Assembly: GCA_049840735.1 (NCBI GenBank)
Contig: JASGJN010000022.1
Coordinates: 384,001 to 448,000, forward strand
Source: Anaeromyxobacter sp.
GTDB lineage: Bacteria > Myxococcota > Myxococcia > Myxococcales > Anaeromyxobacteraceae
DNA length: 64,000 bases
Direction: 5' to 3'
The notes beneath the pieces are model-generated. The model had not been told where the DNA came from. It ran no database searches and was given only the letters and a program-made list of their open reading frames with translations. Numbering within the stretch: the stretch's first letter is position 1; every line of letters starts with the position of its first letter. A program made the translations under genes and the position numbers. This document shows positions 9,298 through 18,630 of the stretch, one piece after another.

Positions 9298-11171
9298 GCC
9301 TCCCTGGCCTCCACCAGCTCGTACCGCATGTTGCGGCGCCCGGCCCGGAAGCCGGCGTCGCGGATGTGCCGCTCCACCTCGTCCGAGTCCATCTGGAAGG
9401 TGGTGCCGGCGGCCGAGACCACGTTCTCCTCGATCATCACCGAGCCGAAGTCGTTGCACCCCATGTGCAGCGAGGCCTGGGCCACGCCGCCGCCCATGGT
9501 GACCCAGGAGGCCTGCAGGTTGGGCACGTTGTCCAGCACCAGCCGCGAGAGCGCGTTGGTGCGCAGGTAGGCCTGGGCGCTGGTGTCCCCGGGCGTGAGC
9601 CGGGTGTGGTCGGACTGGAAGGGCCAGCAGATGAAGGCGGTGAACCCGCGGGTCTCGTCCTGCAGCTCCCGCAGCCGCAGGAGGTGGGCCACCCGGTGCC
9701 GGGCCTCCTCGCCCACGCCGAACATCATGGTGGCGGTGGAGCGGAGCCCCTGCTGGTGGGCGGCCTTCATCACCACAAGCCACTCGTCGGTGGAGCACTT
9801 GAGCGGGGCGATGCGCCGCCGGACCTCGTCCTCGAGGATCTCGGCGCCGCCGCCGGGGATGGAGTCCAGGCCGGCCGCGATCAGCCGGCGGATGGTCTCG
9901 TCCAGCGGCAGCTCGCTGGTGCGGGCGATGTGCCAGATCTCCTCGGGGGAGAGGGCGTGCAGGTTGATGACCGGCCACTTCGACTTCACCCAGCGGAACA
10001 GGTCCTCGTACCACTCGACGCCCAGGTCGGGGTGCAGCCCGCCCTGCAGCAGGATCTCGATCCCGCCCAGCGCCACCGTCTCGTCGATCTTGCGCGTCAG
10101 CTCGTCGCGCGAGAGGACGTAGGCCTCCTTGTGGCCGCGGGGCCGGTAGAAGGCGCAGAAGTGGCAGGCCGTGGTGCAGACGTTGGTGTAGTTGACGTTG
10201 CGCGAGACGATGTAGGTGACCAGGCCCTCGGGGTGGAGCGCGCGGCGGCGGGCGTCGGCGGCCAGCCCCAGCTCCAGCAGCGGCGCCTGCTCGTCCAGCA
10301 GCTCGGCCTCGTCCGCGTCCAGCCGCTCGCCGTCGGCCCCCTTCTGCAGCGCGGTGTCGAGCGAGACGGCGCGGCGGGTGCGCTTCGAGCGGACCACGTC
10401 GTCCACGAAGCGCAGCTTCATGGGCGGCAGGAAGCCCTTCCGCGCGGCCCGGTCCAGGAACGCCTCCAGCCCCTCCAGCTCGTAGGGGCCCAGGCCGTAG
10501 CGGATGCGCTGGGTCAGGTAGCGCCGGTAGCGCTCCGGGTCGCCGCCCTTCTGCGCGGCGAACCGCTGCGCCAGCTCGGTGCGGATCCCCAGGCCGTGCT
10601 GCGCGGCCCGCGTCAGCTCCTGCACGTCCTCCGGCTTCACGGCGCCGGGCCGGGCCGCCCAGAGCGCGAAGATCATGGGGAGGCCGGTGAGGTGGTTCCA
10701 CTCGCGCCCGAGGTCGAGCACGTGGTTGGCCTTCACGTCGAAGCCGCGGTCGCCGATCACCAGCGCGCCCCTGGTCCCCTTGGCCTGGGCCAGGCCGCCG
10801 GCGGCGGGCAGCGGGGTGTACCGCGGGTGCACGCCCATCTCGTCCAGCACCAGCTTGGCCAGCACGTGGGAGGTGCGCGAGGCGGTGTCGAGGAAGACCT
10901 CGTCCCAGATGGCCGGCGACTGCTCGCCGGCCAGCACCACCGTCTGCACCGGCCCGTCGGCGCCGATGGCCATGCCGGGGACGATCTCGTACTCACCCTT
11001 GGTGAGGGCGGCGACCGAGACCAGGGCCAGGTCCACCTCGCCCGCCTCCAGCAGGGCGGCGGCGCGGGAGGGCTCGGCCGGGACGAGCTCGATCCGCTCG
11101 GAGCCCTCCAGCCCCGCGGTGAGGGGCCAGGCGTTGAGGAAGGAGACGGCGGCGGCGCGGAGCTTCGGCAT
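9294..11171 (-). CDS. mqnC: Fusion of chorismate dehydratase (MqnA) and cyclic dehypoxanthine futalosine synthase (MqnC, radical SAM)
   Basis: First ~250 aa are MqnA-like (VSFLNAWPL, LVIGDRG, DLG..W...TGLPMIFALW). The rest has RNVNYTNVCTTACHFCAF, LLQGGLHP, QASWVT, GSVMIEENVV. Confidence 0.92.
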   Translation of the reverse strand: MPKLRAAAVSFLNAWPLTAGLEGSERIELVPAEPSRAAALLEAGEVDLALVSVAALTKGEYEIVPGMAIGADGPVQTVVLAGEQSPAIWDEVFLDTASRTSHVLAKLVLDEMGVHPRYTPLPAAGGLAQAKGTRGALVIGDRGFDVKANHVLDLGREWNHLTGLPMIFALWAARPGAVKPEDVQELTRAAQHGLGIRTELAQRFAAQKGGDPERYRRYLTQRIRYGLGPYELEGLEAFLDRAARKGFLPPMKLRFVDDVVRSKRTRRAVSLDTALQKGADGERLDADEAELLDEQAPLLELGLAADARRRALHPEGLVTYIVSRNVNYTNVCTTACHFCAFYRPRGHKEAYVLSRDELTRKIDETVALGGIEILLQGGLHPDLGVEWYEDLFRWVKSKWPVINLHALSPEEIWHIARTSELPLDETIRRLIAAGLDSIPGGGAEILEDEVRRRIAPLKCSTDEWLVVMKAAHQQGLRSTATMMFGVGEEARHRVAHLLRLRELQDETRGFTAFICWPFQSDHTRLTPGDTSAQAYLRTNALSRLVLDNVPNLQASWVTMGGGVAQASLHMGCNDFGSVMIEENVVSAAGTTFQMDSDEVERHIRDAGFRAGRRNMRYELVEAREA

Positions 11172-11189
11172 CTTCGGTTCCTCGGTGGA

Positions 11190-12347
11190 TCAGGCGGTGA
11201 CCGGCAGCGCGGCGGGCGGGGGCGCCTCGTGCACCCTGAGGACGCGGTAGAGGCTGTCGCGCTCGGCCGGCACGCGGCCGGCGCTGCGGATGAGCTGGTG
11301 CAGCGTCTTCTCGTTGAGCCCCTGCGGCACGGTGGAGCCGGCCATGTGGTAGATGCGCTCCTCGAGCACGGTGCCGTCGAGGTCGTCCACGCCGAAGGCC
11401 AGCGCGGTCTGGGCCAGCCGCTCGCCCAGCGAGACCCAGTACGCCTTGATGTGGTCGAAGTTGTCGAGGTACAGGCGCGCCACCGCCAGCGTGCGCAGCG
11501 CGTCGTAGCCGGTCGGCTTGGGGAAGGCCTTCCCGATCATGTTGTGCTCGGGGTGGAAGGCCAGCGGGATGAAGACCTGGAAGTGGCCGGTCTCGTCCTG
11601 CAGCTCGCGCAGCCGGCGCATGTGGTCGACCCGCTCCTCCAGCCGCTCGATGTGGCCGTACAGCATGGTGGCGTTGGTCCTCACGCCCAGCCGGTGCGCG
11701 GTGCGGTGGATCTCCAGCCACTGCTCGGCGGTGGCCTTGTCGTCGCAGATCTTCCGGCGCACGCGGGGGGCGAAGATCTCGGCGCCGCCGCCGGGGAGCG
11801 TGTCCAGGCCGGCCGCCATCAGGCGGCGCAGGACCTGCTCGTAGCTCATGCCGAACTTCTCGGCGAAGAAGTGGATCTCGATGGCGGTGAAGGCCTTGAT
11901 GGCCAGCTCCGGCCAGGCCTTGCGGATGCGCGAGAGGAGCTCGGTGTAGTACTCGAAGGGCAGGTCGGGGTGGAGGCCGGAGACGATGTGGACCTCGGTG
12001 ACCCCCAGCGGCCGGCGCGAGAGCACCTTCTCGACCGCCTCCTCCAGCTTCATGGTGTAGCCGTCGGAGGCGCGCTGGTCGTCCTTGCGGGCGAACGAGC
12101 AGAACTTGCAGCTGGCCACGCAGACGTTGGTGGGGTTGAGGTGGACGTTCCGGTTGTAGAACGCCAGGTCGCCGTGGCGCCGCCGCCGGACCACGTCGGC
12201 CAGCGCCCCCACCGCGCCCAGGTCGGCGGTCTGGAAGAGCTGGAGCGCCTCCGCGTCGGTGATGCGCTGGGAGGCCAGGACCTTGTCGGCGATGGCGCCG
12301 AGGCCGTCGCGGTCGAGCGCGCGCCGGGCCAGGGTGGAGAGCTGCAT
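11190..12347 (-). CDS. mqnE: Aminofutalosine synthase (radical SAM)
   Basis: LNPTNVCVASCKFCSF, EVHIVSGLHP, IKAFTAIEI, ATMLYGHIE, HIKAYWV, EERIYHMAG. Confidence 0.93.
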   Translation of the reverse strand: MQLSTLARRALDRDGLGAIADKVLASQRITDAEALQLFQTADLGAVGALADVVRRRRHGDLAFYNRNVHLNPTNVCVASCKFCSFARKDDQRASDGYTMKLEEAVEKVLSRRPLGVTEVHIVSGLHPDLPFEYYTELLSRIRKAWPELAIKAFTAIEIHFFAEKFGMSYEQVLRRLMAAGLDTLPGGGAEIFAPRVRRKICDDKATAEQWLEIHRTAHRLGVRTNATMLYGHIERLEERVDHMRRLRELQDETGHFQVFIPLAFHPEHNMIGKAFPKPTGYDALRTLAVARLYLDNFDHIKAYWVSLGERLAQTALAFGVDDLDGTVLEERIYHMAGSTVPQGLNEKTLHQLIRSAGRVPAERDSLYRVLRVHEAPPPAALPVTA

Positions 12348-12939
12348 CTACGGTTCCTCCGCGGGTTCGGGGGCGCGCGGGACGAGCCCCTCCCACCGCT
12401 TCATGAGAATCGTTGGGCAGGCCCAGGTGGTCGAGCGCGCGCGCCACCACCGTGTCCACCAGCTGCGGCACCGTCGCGGCGCCGGAGTAGAAGGAGGGCG
12501 AGGCCGGCATGACCATGGCGCCGGCCTCGATCACCGCCGTGATGGCGCGGGCGTGGACCAGCGAGATGGGCGTCTCGCGCAGCACCAGCAGCAGCTTGCG
12601 CCGCTCCTTGAGCATCACGTCGGCGGCCCGGCCCACCAGGTCCACCGACATGCCGTAGGCGATGCGCGAGAGCGCGCCCGCCGAGCAGGGGATCACCACC
12701 ATGCCGTCGTAGAGCGACGAGCCCGAGGCGAACGGCGCGGTGAAGTCGTGGTTCTTCCAGGCCTTGAAGGGGTAGCGCGGCTCGGCGCCCAGCTCCTGCT
12801 TCCAGACCTGCTTGCCGGTGGTGGTGAAGACCAGGTCGGCGTGCACGCCGTGCGCGGGGCCGTGCTCGGCCAGGAAGTCGAGCAGCCGCTTGGCGTAGGG
12901 CGCGCCGGTGGCGCCGGAGATGGCCACCACCAGCTTCAC
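12348..12939 (-). CDS. ubiX: Flavin prenyltransferase UbiX/MqnM, with an apparent +1 frameshift near the 3' end (~12409)
   Basis: VAISGATGAPY, FASGS, IPCS, RAADVMLKERR.L.LVLRETP, PASPSFY. Removing one base restores ...PNDLMKRWEG...EEP-TAG, which ends directly before the mqnE ATG. Confidence 0.88.
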
Positions 12940-13748
12940 GCGCGCACCGCCGTGACCAGCCCGCACACGCCGGGGAAGAGGGTGGTGCCGCGCACGTCCT
13001 CGAAGCCGAGCCGCGCCGCGGCGGCCTCGAACTCGCGCCGCGAGGCGAACCGCTCCATCGACTCGACCAGGTAGCGGTAGGCGGCCGGGTTGGGCGAGAG
13101 GATCCGCCCCAGCACCGGCAGCGCCAGCTTGTTGTAGGCGCCGTGGACGAAGCGCGAGCCGCGCGACTCGGAGCGGAAGAACTCCAGCACGCCCAGCCGC
13201 CCGCCCGGGCGCAGCACCCGGGCCAGCTCGGCCAGGCCGGTCTCGTAGGAGTCGAGGTTCCGCATCCCGAAGGTCACGGTGGCCAGGTCGAAGGAGGCCG
13301 CCTTGAAGGGCAGGGCCAGGGCGTCGGCCTGGCTGGCCGGCAGCCCGGTCTTCTCCACGCCGCGGGCCAGCATCTGCAGGCTGAAGTCGGCGGCGAAGAC
13401 CCGCAGCCCGGGGGCGCGGCGGTGGGCCAGGCCGGCCACGTCCATGGTCCCGGCGCACAGGTCGAGCAGCCGCTCCCCGGCGCGCGGGGCCAGCGTCGTG
13501 AGCAGCCGGCGCCGCCAGGCCTGGTCCACCCGCAGCGTCATGACGCGGTTGAGCAGGTCGTAGGAGGGCGCGATCCGGTCGAACATGGCGCGCACCGCGG
13601 GGGCGCGCGGCCCCTCGCCGGGCAGCGGGACCGCCGTCTCGGGGTCGCCCTTCGACTCCGCCTGTCCTGAGCGCAGGCCCGCCTCGCGGGCCGGAGCCGA
13701 AGGACTCAGTGCGAACGGATCTGGTGATCGACCGGACGACGGGGTCAC
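12936..13748 (-). CDS. menG: Demethylmenaquinone methyltransferase (UbiE/MenG)
   Basis: AMFDRIAPSYDLLNR, LLDLCAGTMD, ADALALPF, FGMRN, RVLRPGG, AYRYLVES. The GTG directly follows the ubiD stop; a later start is possible. Confidence 0.9.
   Translation of the reverse strand: MTPSSGRSPDPFALSPSAPAREAGLRSGQAESKGDPETAVPLPGEGPRAPAVRAMFDRIAPSYDLLNRVMTLRVDQAWRRRLLTTLAPRAGERLLDLCAGTMDVAGLAHRRAPGLRVFAADFSLQMLARGVEKTGLPASQADALALPFKAASFDLATVTFGMRNLDSYETGLAELARVLRPGGRLGVLEFFRSESRGSRFVHGAYNKLALPVLGRILSPNPAAYRYLVESMERFASRREFEAAAARLGFEDVRGTTLFPGVCGLVTAVRA
13648..13718. repeat. Nested palindromic element (copy B) at the 5' end of menG
   Basis: 71 bp, 66/71 identical by manual alignment to 53779-53849. Inner GTCC-TGAG...CGAA-GGAC unit lies inside an oppositely oriented TTCGA...CTCA unit. 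Confidence 0.85.
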
Positions 13749-15269
13749 TCAGGCGGCTCCCTTCTTCGGGCTCCAGGCGGGCGCGGGCGGCAGCGGGAGG
13801 TTGGGCCGGCGGAAGGGGCCGGCCCCCGGCACCAGCCGCTCGTAGAGCGCGTCCATGCGGGCCAGCACCTCCGGCGGGTGGACGCACGGCTCGGGCCACT
13901 CGCGGCCGCCCTCCTCCGCCCACTTGCGCGTGGCGTCCACGCCGATCTTCCCGCCCAGCCCCAGGTGCGGCGAGGCGTGGTCGAGGATGTCCACCGGGCC
14001 GTCCACGATCACCAGGTCGCGCTTCGCGTCCACGTTGGCGAGGGCGCGCCAGGCGGCCAGCGCGTGGTCCTGCACGTCCACGTCCTCGTCGAAGACCACC
14101 AGCGTCTTGGTGGAGGCCATCTGGCCGGAGCCCCACAGGCCGTGCATCAGCTTCTTGGCGTGGCCGGGGTACTCCTTCTTCATGGAGATGAGGCAGAGGT
14201 TGTGGAACACGCCCTCCGCCGGCATGGCCATGTCGACGATCTCCGGGAAGACGAGCTGCAGCATGGGCAGGAAGAGCCGCACCGTGGCGGTGCCCATCCA
14301 CAGGTCCTCGACCGGCGGCGGCCCGACCACGGTGGCGGGGTAGACCGGATCCTTGCGGTGGGTGATGGCCACCACGTCCAGCGCGGGGTAGTCGTCGGCC
14401 AGGGAGTAGTAGCCGGTGTGATCGCCGAAGGGCCCCTCGCGCACCAGCGGCGCGGCGGTGTCCACGAACCCCTCGATGATCACGTCGGCGTCGGCCGGCA
14501 CGTCCAGCCCGGTGGCCACGCCCTTCACCGTCCGGACCGCCTCGCCGCGCAGGAAACCGGCGAAGAGGTACTCGTCCACGTTGGGCGGCAGCGGCGCGGA
14601 GGCCGACCAGGTGAGCGCCGGATCGCCGCCCAGCGCGATGGCGACCGGCATGCGCTCGCCCCGCTTCCTGTAGCCGCGGTAGTGCGCGGTGGCGGTCTTG
14701 TGCAGCTGCCAGTGCATGGCCAGGCGGCGCGGCCCCAGCACCTGCAGCCGGTACATGCCCACGTTGCGGATGCCGGTCTCGGGGTCCTTCGTGATCACCT
14801 GCGGCAGCGTGATGAACGGCCCGCCGTCGTGCGGCCAGGTGGTGAGGACCGGCAGGATGCCCAGGTCGGGCTCGCGCTCCACCACCTCCTGGCTGGGGCC
14901 GGACGAGACGTGCTTGGGCGTCATGGTGGCCAGCTTCCCCAGCCTGGGGAGCAGCTTGAGCTTGTCCCAGAGCGACTGCGGCGGGGCCATGCGCAGCAGC
15001 GAGCGCAGCTCGGCGGCGTGCTCCTCGAAGTCCTCGGAGGAGAGCGCCCAGCTGGTCCGCCGGCGGGTGCCGTAGAGGTTCATGGCCACCGGCATCGAGC
15101 CGGGGTGGCCCTTCACGTTCTCGAACAGGAGGGCCGGGCCCCCCTGCTTGGCGGCGCGGTCGGCCAGCGCGGCCATCTCCAGCACCGGATCGACCGGATC
15201 CTTCACGCGGACGAGCTCGCCGGCCTGCTCCAGCCGGTCGAGGAACTCGCGGAGCGAGCGGTAGCCCAT
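13749..15269 (-). CDS. ubiD: Menaquinone biosynthesis decarboxylase, UbiD family (MqnL)
   Basis: MGYRSLREFL, GGPALLFENV, DGGPFITLP, RNVGMYRLQ, EGPFGDHTGYY, LDHAS..GGKIGVDAT. Confidence 0.93.
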   Translation of the reverse strand: MGYRSLREFLDRLEQAGELVRVKDPVDPVLEMAALADRAAKQGGPALLFENVKGHPGSMPVAMNLYGTRRRTSWALSSEDFEEHAAELRSLLRMAPPQSLWDKLKLLPRLGKLATMTPKHVSSGPSQEVVEREPDLGILPVLTTWPHDGGPFITLPQVITKDPETGIRNVGMYRLQVLGPRRLAMHWQLHKTATAHYRGYRKRGERMPVAIALGGDPALTWSASAPLPPNVDEYLFAGFLRGEAVRTVKGVATGLDVPADADVIIEGFVDTAAPLVREGPFGDHTGYYSLADDYPALDVVAITHRKDPVYPATVVGPPPVEDLWMGTATVRLFLPMLQLVFPEIVDMAMPAEGVFHNLCLISMKKEYPGHAKKLMHGLWGSGQMASTKTLVVFDEDVDVQDHALAAWRALANVDAKRDLVIVDGPVDILDHASPHLGLGGKIGVDATRKWAEEGGREWPEPCVHPPEVLARMDALYERLVPGAGPFRRPNLPLPPAPAWSPKKGAA

Positions 15270-15303
15270 GGCGCGCGGATCTCTATCCCACCGGCCGGCT
15301 TGT

Positions 15304-15319
15304 TTCAACAATCGTTGAA
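15304..15319. promoter_or_regulatory. Palindromic operator candidate TTCAAC-N4-GTTGAA upstream of the mqn operon
   Basis: TTCAAC-AATC-GTTGAA, about 35 nt upstream of the ubiD ATG; the same motif recurs at 19703-19718. Confidence 0.7.
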
Positions 15320-15544
15320 GGAAAAAAGCTTCGTCCGGACGCGGGGCTTGGAGCCGCTGAGGGCTCCTTCCCCACCGCCCTTCCAGGGGCCGGACCTTGC
15401 GTCTGCGGGCGCTCACGGAGCGTCAAGGCGGGCCGCCCCGCCCGCCGCAGGGCCAAGGCGCGAGCCGGGAAGGTCCGGGCGAAAGGACGCGCCCGCGACG
15501 AAGCTTCCCCATCGACCGTCCGACCGATCTAGGCTACGCCGCCC

Positions 15545-15820
15545 ATGGACCGCCGCCAGCGCGCACGAGAGCTGATCCTGGTCGCCCTCCACGGGGTCGA
15601 GGAGGAGCTGTCGGCGCATCGCTACCCGATCTGCGCCGAGCACCTCTGCACCTGCCGCGAGAGGCTGCGCGAGTACCTGGCCTCGCTCGAGGGCGGCTGC
15701 CTGCCGCCCAAGCGGGAGCGGCCGGAGGGGCTGGGGCGGATCATCGTCGACTCCTGGGGCTACGACGTGCCGCTGGCCAACGTGATCCTGGCGGCGGAGC
15801 GGGCCTGGCGGAACGCGTAG
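15545..15820 (+). CDS. Small hypothetical protein (91 aa)
   Basis: ATG start, strong GC3 codon bias, fills the gap between neighbouring minus-strand genes, and is followed by a hairpin. Confidence 0.7.
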   Translation: MDRRQRARELILVALHGVEEELSAHRYPICAEHLCTCRERLREYLASLEGGCLPPKRERPEGLGRIIVDSWGYDVPLANVILAAERAWRNA

Positions 15821-15844
15821 GGGCCGCCCGCGCGCGAGCGGCCC
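15821..15844. terminator. Hairpin between convergent genes
   Basis: GGGCCGCCCGC-GC-GCGAGCGGCCC between the stops at 15820 and 15853. Confidence 0.45.
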
Positions 15845-15852
15845 GCGCCGGT

Positions 15853-18535
15853 TCAGGGCTGCCCGGCCCCCTCCGGCAGCAGCAGCCCGGCCGCCTCGAG
15901 CGCCGGCCGCAGCTGGCGGGCGTCGCCGACCACCACGATCTGCTCGCGCCCCACGCCCAGCCCCTGCGCCACGGCCTGCAGCCCGGCGGGCTGCACCGCG
16001 GCCAGCCGGGGCATGAACGTGTCCCACTCGTCGGTGGGGAGCCGGTACAGGAACAGCTCCTCGAGCCGGCGGCCGTTGCGCTGGGAGGTGCCGAACCGGA
16101 GCAGCTGCTCGCGCGCCACGCGCTGGCGCGCCCGCTCCAGCGCCGCCGCGTCCAGCGGGGCGCGGGTCGCCTCCAGGCCGGACAGGATGGCCTGGATCGC
16201 GCCGGCGGCGCCGGCGCTGGGCACGGTGGTCCGGACGACCAGCGCGCTGCCGCGCGAGAGGTCCGTGCTCGAGGCATGGACGCCGTAGGTGAGCCCCTGC
16301 TCCACCCGCAGCCGCTGCTCGAGCGCGGTGGTGAGGTGGTCGGACAGGACCAGCCAGGCCGGCTCGTCGCGCGCGGCGCGCGGCGTGACCCGGACGCCCA
16401 GGAACAGGCTCGCCTGGGTGGCGCCGGGCTGGTCGATGATCACCAGCCGGCGCTGCTCCGGCAGCGGCGCCGGGCCGGGCAGCGCCTTCGCCTCGGCGTC
16501 GGCCGGCTTCCAGCTCCCGAACAGCTTCTCGAGGCCCTTCCACAGCTCCGCGTCGGGCTTCACCGCACCGCTGATGATCAGCACGGCGCGGTCGGGCCGG
16601 AGCGTCTGGCGCAGGAAGGCCTTGGCCTCGCCGGTCCCGAAGTCGCGGATCACGTCCGGGTTGGACGGCTGCTCGTAGCCGGCGCCGGGGAAGAGGCTGG
16701 AGAGGAAGATCCGGGTGAGCCGGTCGTCCCCCTGCACCGGGCGGCGCTCCAGCTCGTCGGCGATGGCGCGGCGCAGGCGCTCGAAGGCGGGGGCGTTGAA
16801 CTCGGGCGCCCGCGCGCCGCAGGCCATGTGGCTGAGCGACGCCGGCAGCCAGGAGGCCGGACCGTGGGTGGTGGAGAGCAGGTGCCCGTCGGCCGGGCGG
16901 AAGCGCTGCCCGCTGCAGGCGGAGCTCCACAGGGCCACGGTCTCCAGGTCCAGGTCGCGGGCGCTGACGCCGGGCGCGCGGATCACCAGCCGGGCGCCGG
17001 CCACCGGGAAGCCGGGGCGCGGCGCCACCACCACCTCCAGCCCGTTGGAGAGCCGGCGCCGCTCGATGACCGGCACGGCCGGCCGGAGCCTGGAGAAGTC
17101 GAGCCGGGTGCCTGCGTCGGGCTCGCCGTCGAGGGTGTCCCCGCCGCGCTGCTCGCCGCGCCCCATGAGCGCGCCGGTCAGGCGCGGCGCGCCCCCGGGC
17201 ACCACCAGGAGCGCCACCAGCCGCTTGTCGTCCAGGTAGCGGGCCACGTAGTCGTGGGTATCGGCGGAGAGCTGCTGTTTGATGAGCCGCTCCAGGCCGG
17301 CCAGGGCGTCGGTCATGCCGGTGGTGCGCAGCGTGGCCGCCAGCCCGCCGGTGTCCAGCGACTCCATGGCCAGCTGGTGCTCGAGCACCAGCGCGTCGCG
17401 GACGGCCTCCTTGGCGATCAGGTCCTCCTTCTCGAGGAAGCTGGTCCCGTGCCGGAAGCGCTTCTCCGACCGGAACGCGTCCAGCGCGCGCTGCGCGTCG
17501 CCGGCGTCGCGCAGCGTGAGCTGGCCGACCACCAGCGAGACGCCCTGGTGGCGCAGCGTGGTCGCGTCGCCCGAGACCACCCGCTCCTGCAGCCGGGCCG
17601 CCACGGCGGACAGGCGGTACTCCAGGTACTGCGCGGCGGCGATGGCGCGCGGGCCGCCGCCCTGGAGCTCACCGGGCACGGCCCAGGCCACCCAGAGCGT
17701 GGGCCGCTCGACCGCCGCGCTCCGGGTCTCGATGCCCTGCGCCACGGGGCCGTCCAGCGCCGGGGTGGGGGCCTCGGCCGGCTCCGGCTCCACCCAGGTC
17801 GAGCGATCCGCCGGGTCGGGTCCCGCCACGATGGCGCCGCCCAGCTGGATGGCGGTGCGGCTGACCTGCTCGCCCGCGGTCGGGCCGGTCACCACCAGGA
17901 TCACGCGCTCCGGCACGTAGTACCGGGTCACGAACTGGCGCACGTCGGCGAGCGTGATGGCGGCGAGCGACTGGGGCGTGCCAACGGGCCGGGCGTACGG
18001 GGTTCCGGGCACGGCCCGGGCCAGCAGCCACTCGAGCTGCTCGGTCTCGCTGGTCTCGTCGGCCTGGGCCTCGGCCAGCTCGCGCCGGACCACCTCGCGC
18101 TCTCGCTCGAAGTCGGCCTGCGTGATCCCCCAGCAGCGGGCTGCGCAGCCGCTCCAGCTCGACCTGCAGCAGCAGCTCGAGCTGATCCGGGCTGCCGGTC
18201 GCGAGGTAGTCGGTGGCGTCCGCGCGCGTGAACGCGTTGAAGCGGACGCCGGCCCCGAGCAGCCGGTCCCAGGTCCGCGGCCCGCCGCCGGAGCGCGCGC
18301 GGAAGGTGAGGTGCTCGACCAGGTGCGCCATGCCCTCCTGGCCGGGCGGATCGTCCACGCGCCCCACGTCGTAGGAGGCCGAGACCGACAGCTCGGTCAT
18401 GTGCGGCAGCTGGTACGCGAGCAGCCGCAGGCCCGAGGGGTAGGTCGAGGCGAAGCCGGTGTACGGGACCGGGGAGGCGGCGCGGGCGGGCGCCGCAGCG
18501 AGCCCCAGCAGCAGCACGGCGGTGAGGAGGCGCAT
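15853..18535 (-). CDS. Secreted M16 (pitrilysin/insulinase) metallopeptidase, split by an apparent +1 frameshift at 18127-18131
   Basis: Signal peptide, GMAHLVEHL (HxxEH), FNAFT. Deleting one base of the 5-C run joins ...RSPLLG to ITQADFEREREVVRRE and the 15853-18093 ORF (RRLSNGLEV, LRVEQGLTYG). Confidence 0.85.
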
Positions 18536-18630
18536 CCCCGGACGCTAGCACGCCGGAGTGAAGGCCTGCGGCGGCCGACCTGCGGCCTCCCGCCGCCGGA
18601 GCCGTCCCTGGGTACCCCGCGGAGGCGCCC

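Noticed and set aside
13640..13746. 7-bp direct repeat CGGGGTC as a target-site duplication of copy B
   Set aside because: Short and GC-rich, and the 100-bp spacing would shift the menG frame if excised.
10993..14301. 1102-aa ORF containing UbiX
   Set aside because: Only 12939 to about 12410 is real coding frame; the rest is shadow frame over ubiD, menG and mqnE.
15333..15406. Faint resemblance to an antisense tRNA-Leu
   Set aside because: No intact T-loop, acceptor stem or CCA; I could not fold a cloverleaf.
18127..18131. Programmed frameshift or phase-variable tract in the M16 gene
   Set aside because: The run is only 5 nt and similar +1 events occur at three other loci; sequencing error is the simpler explanation.
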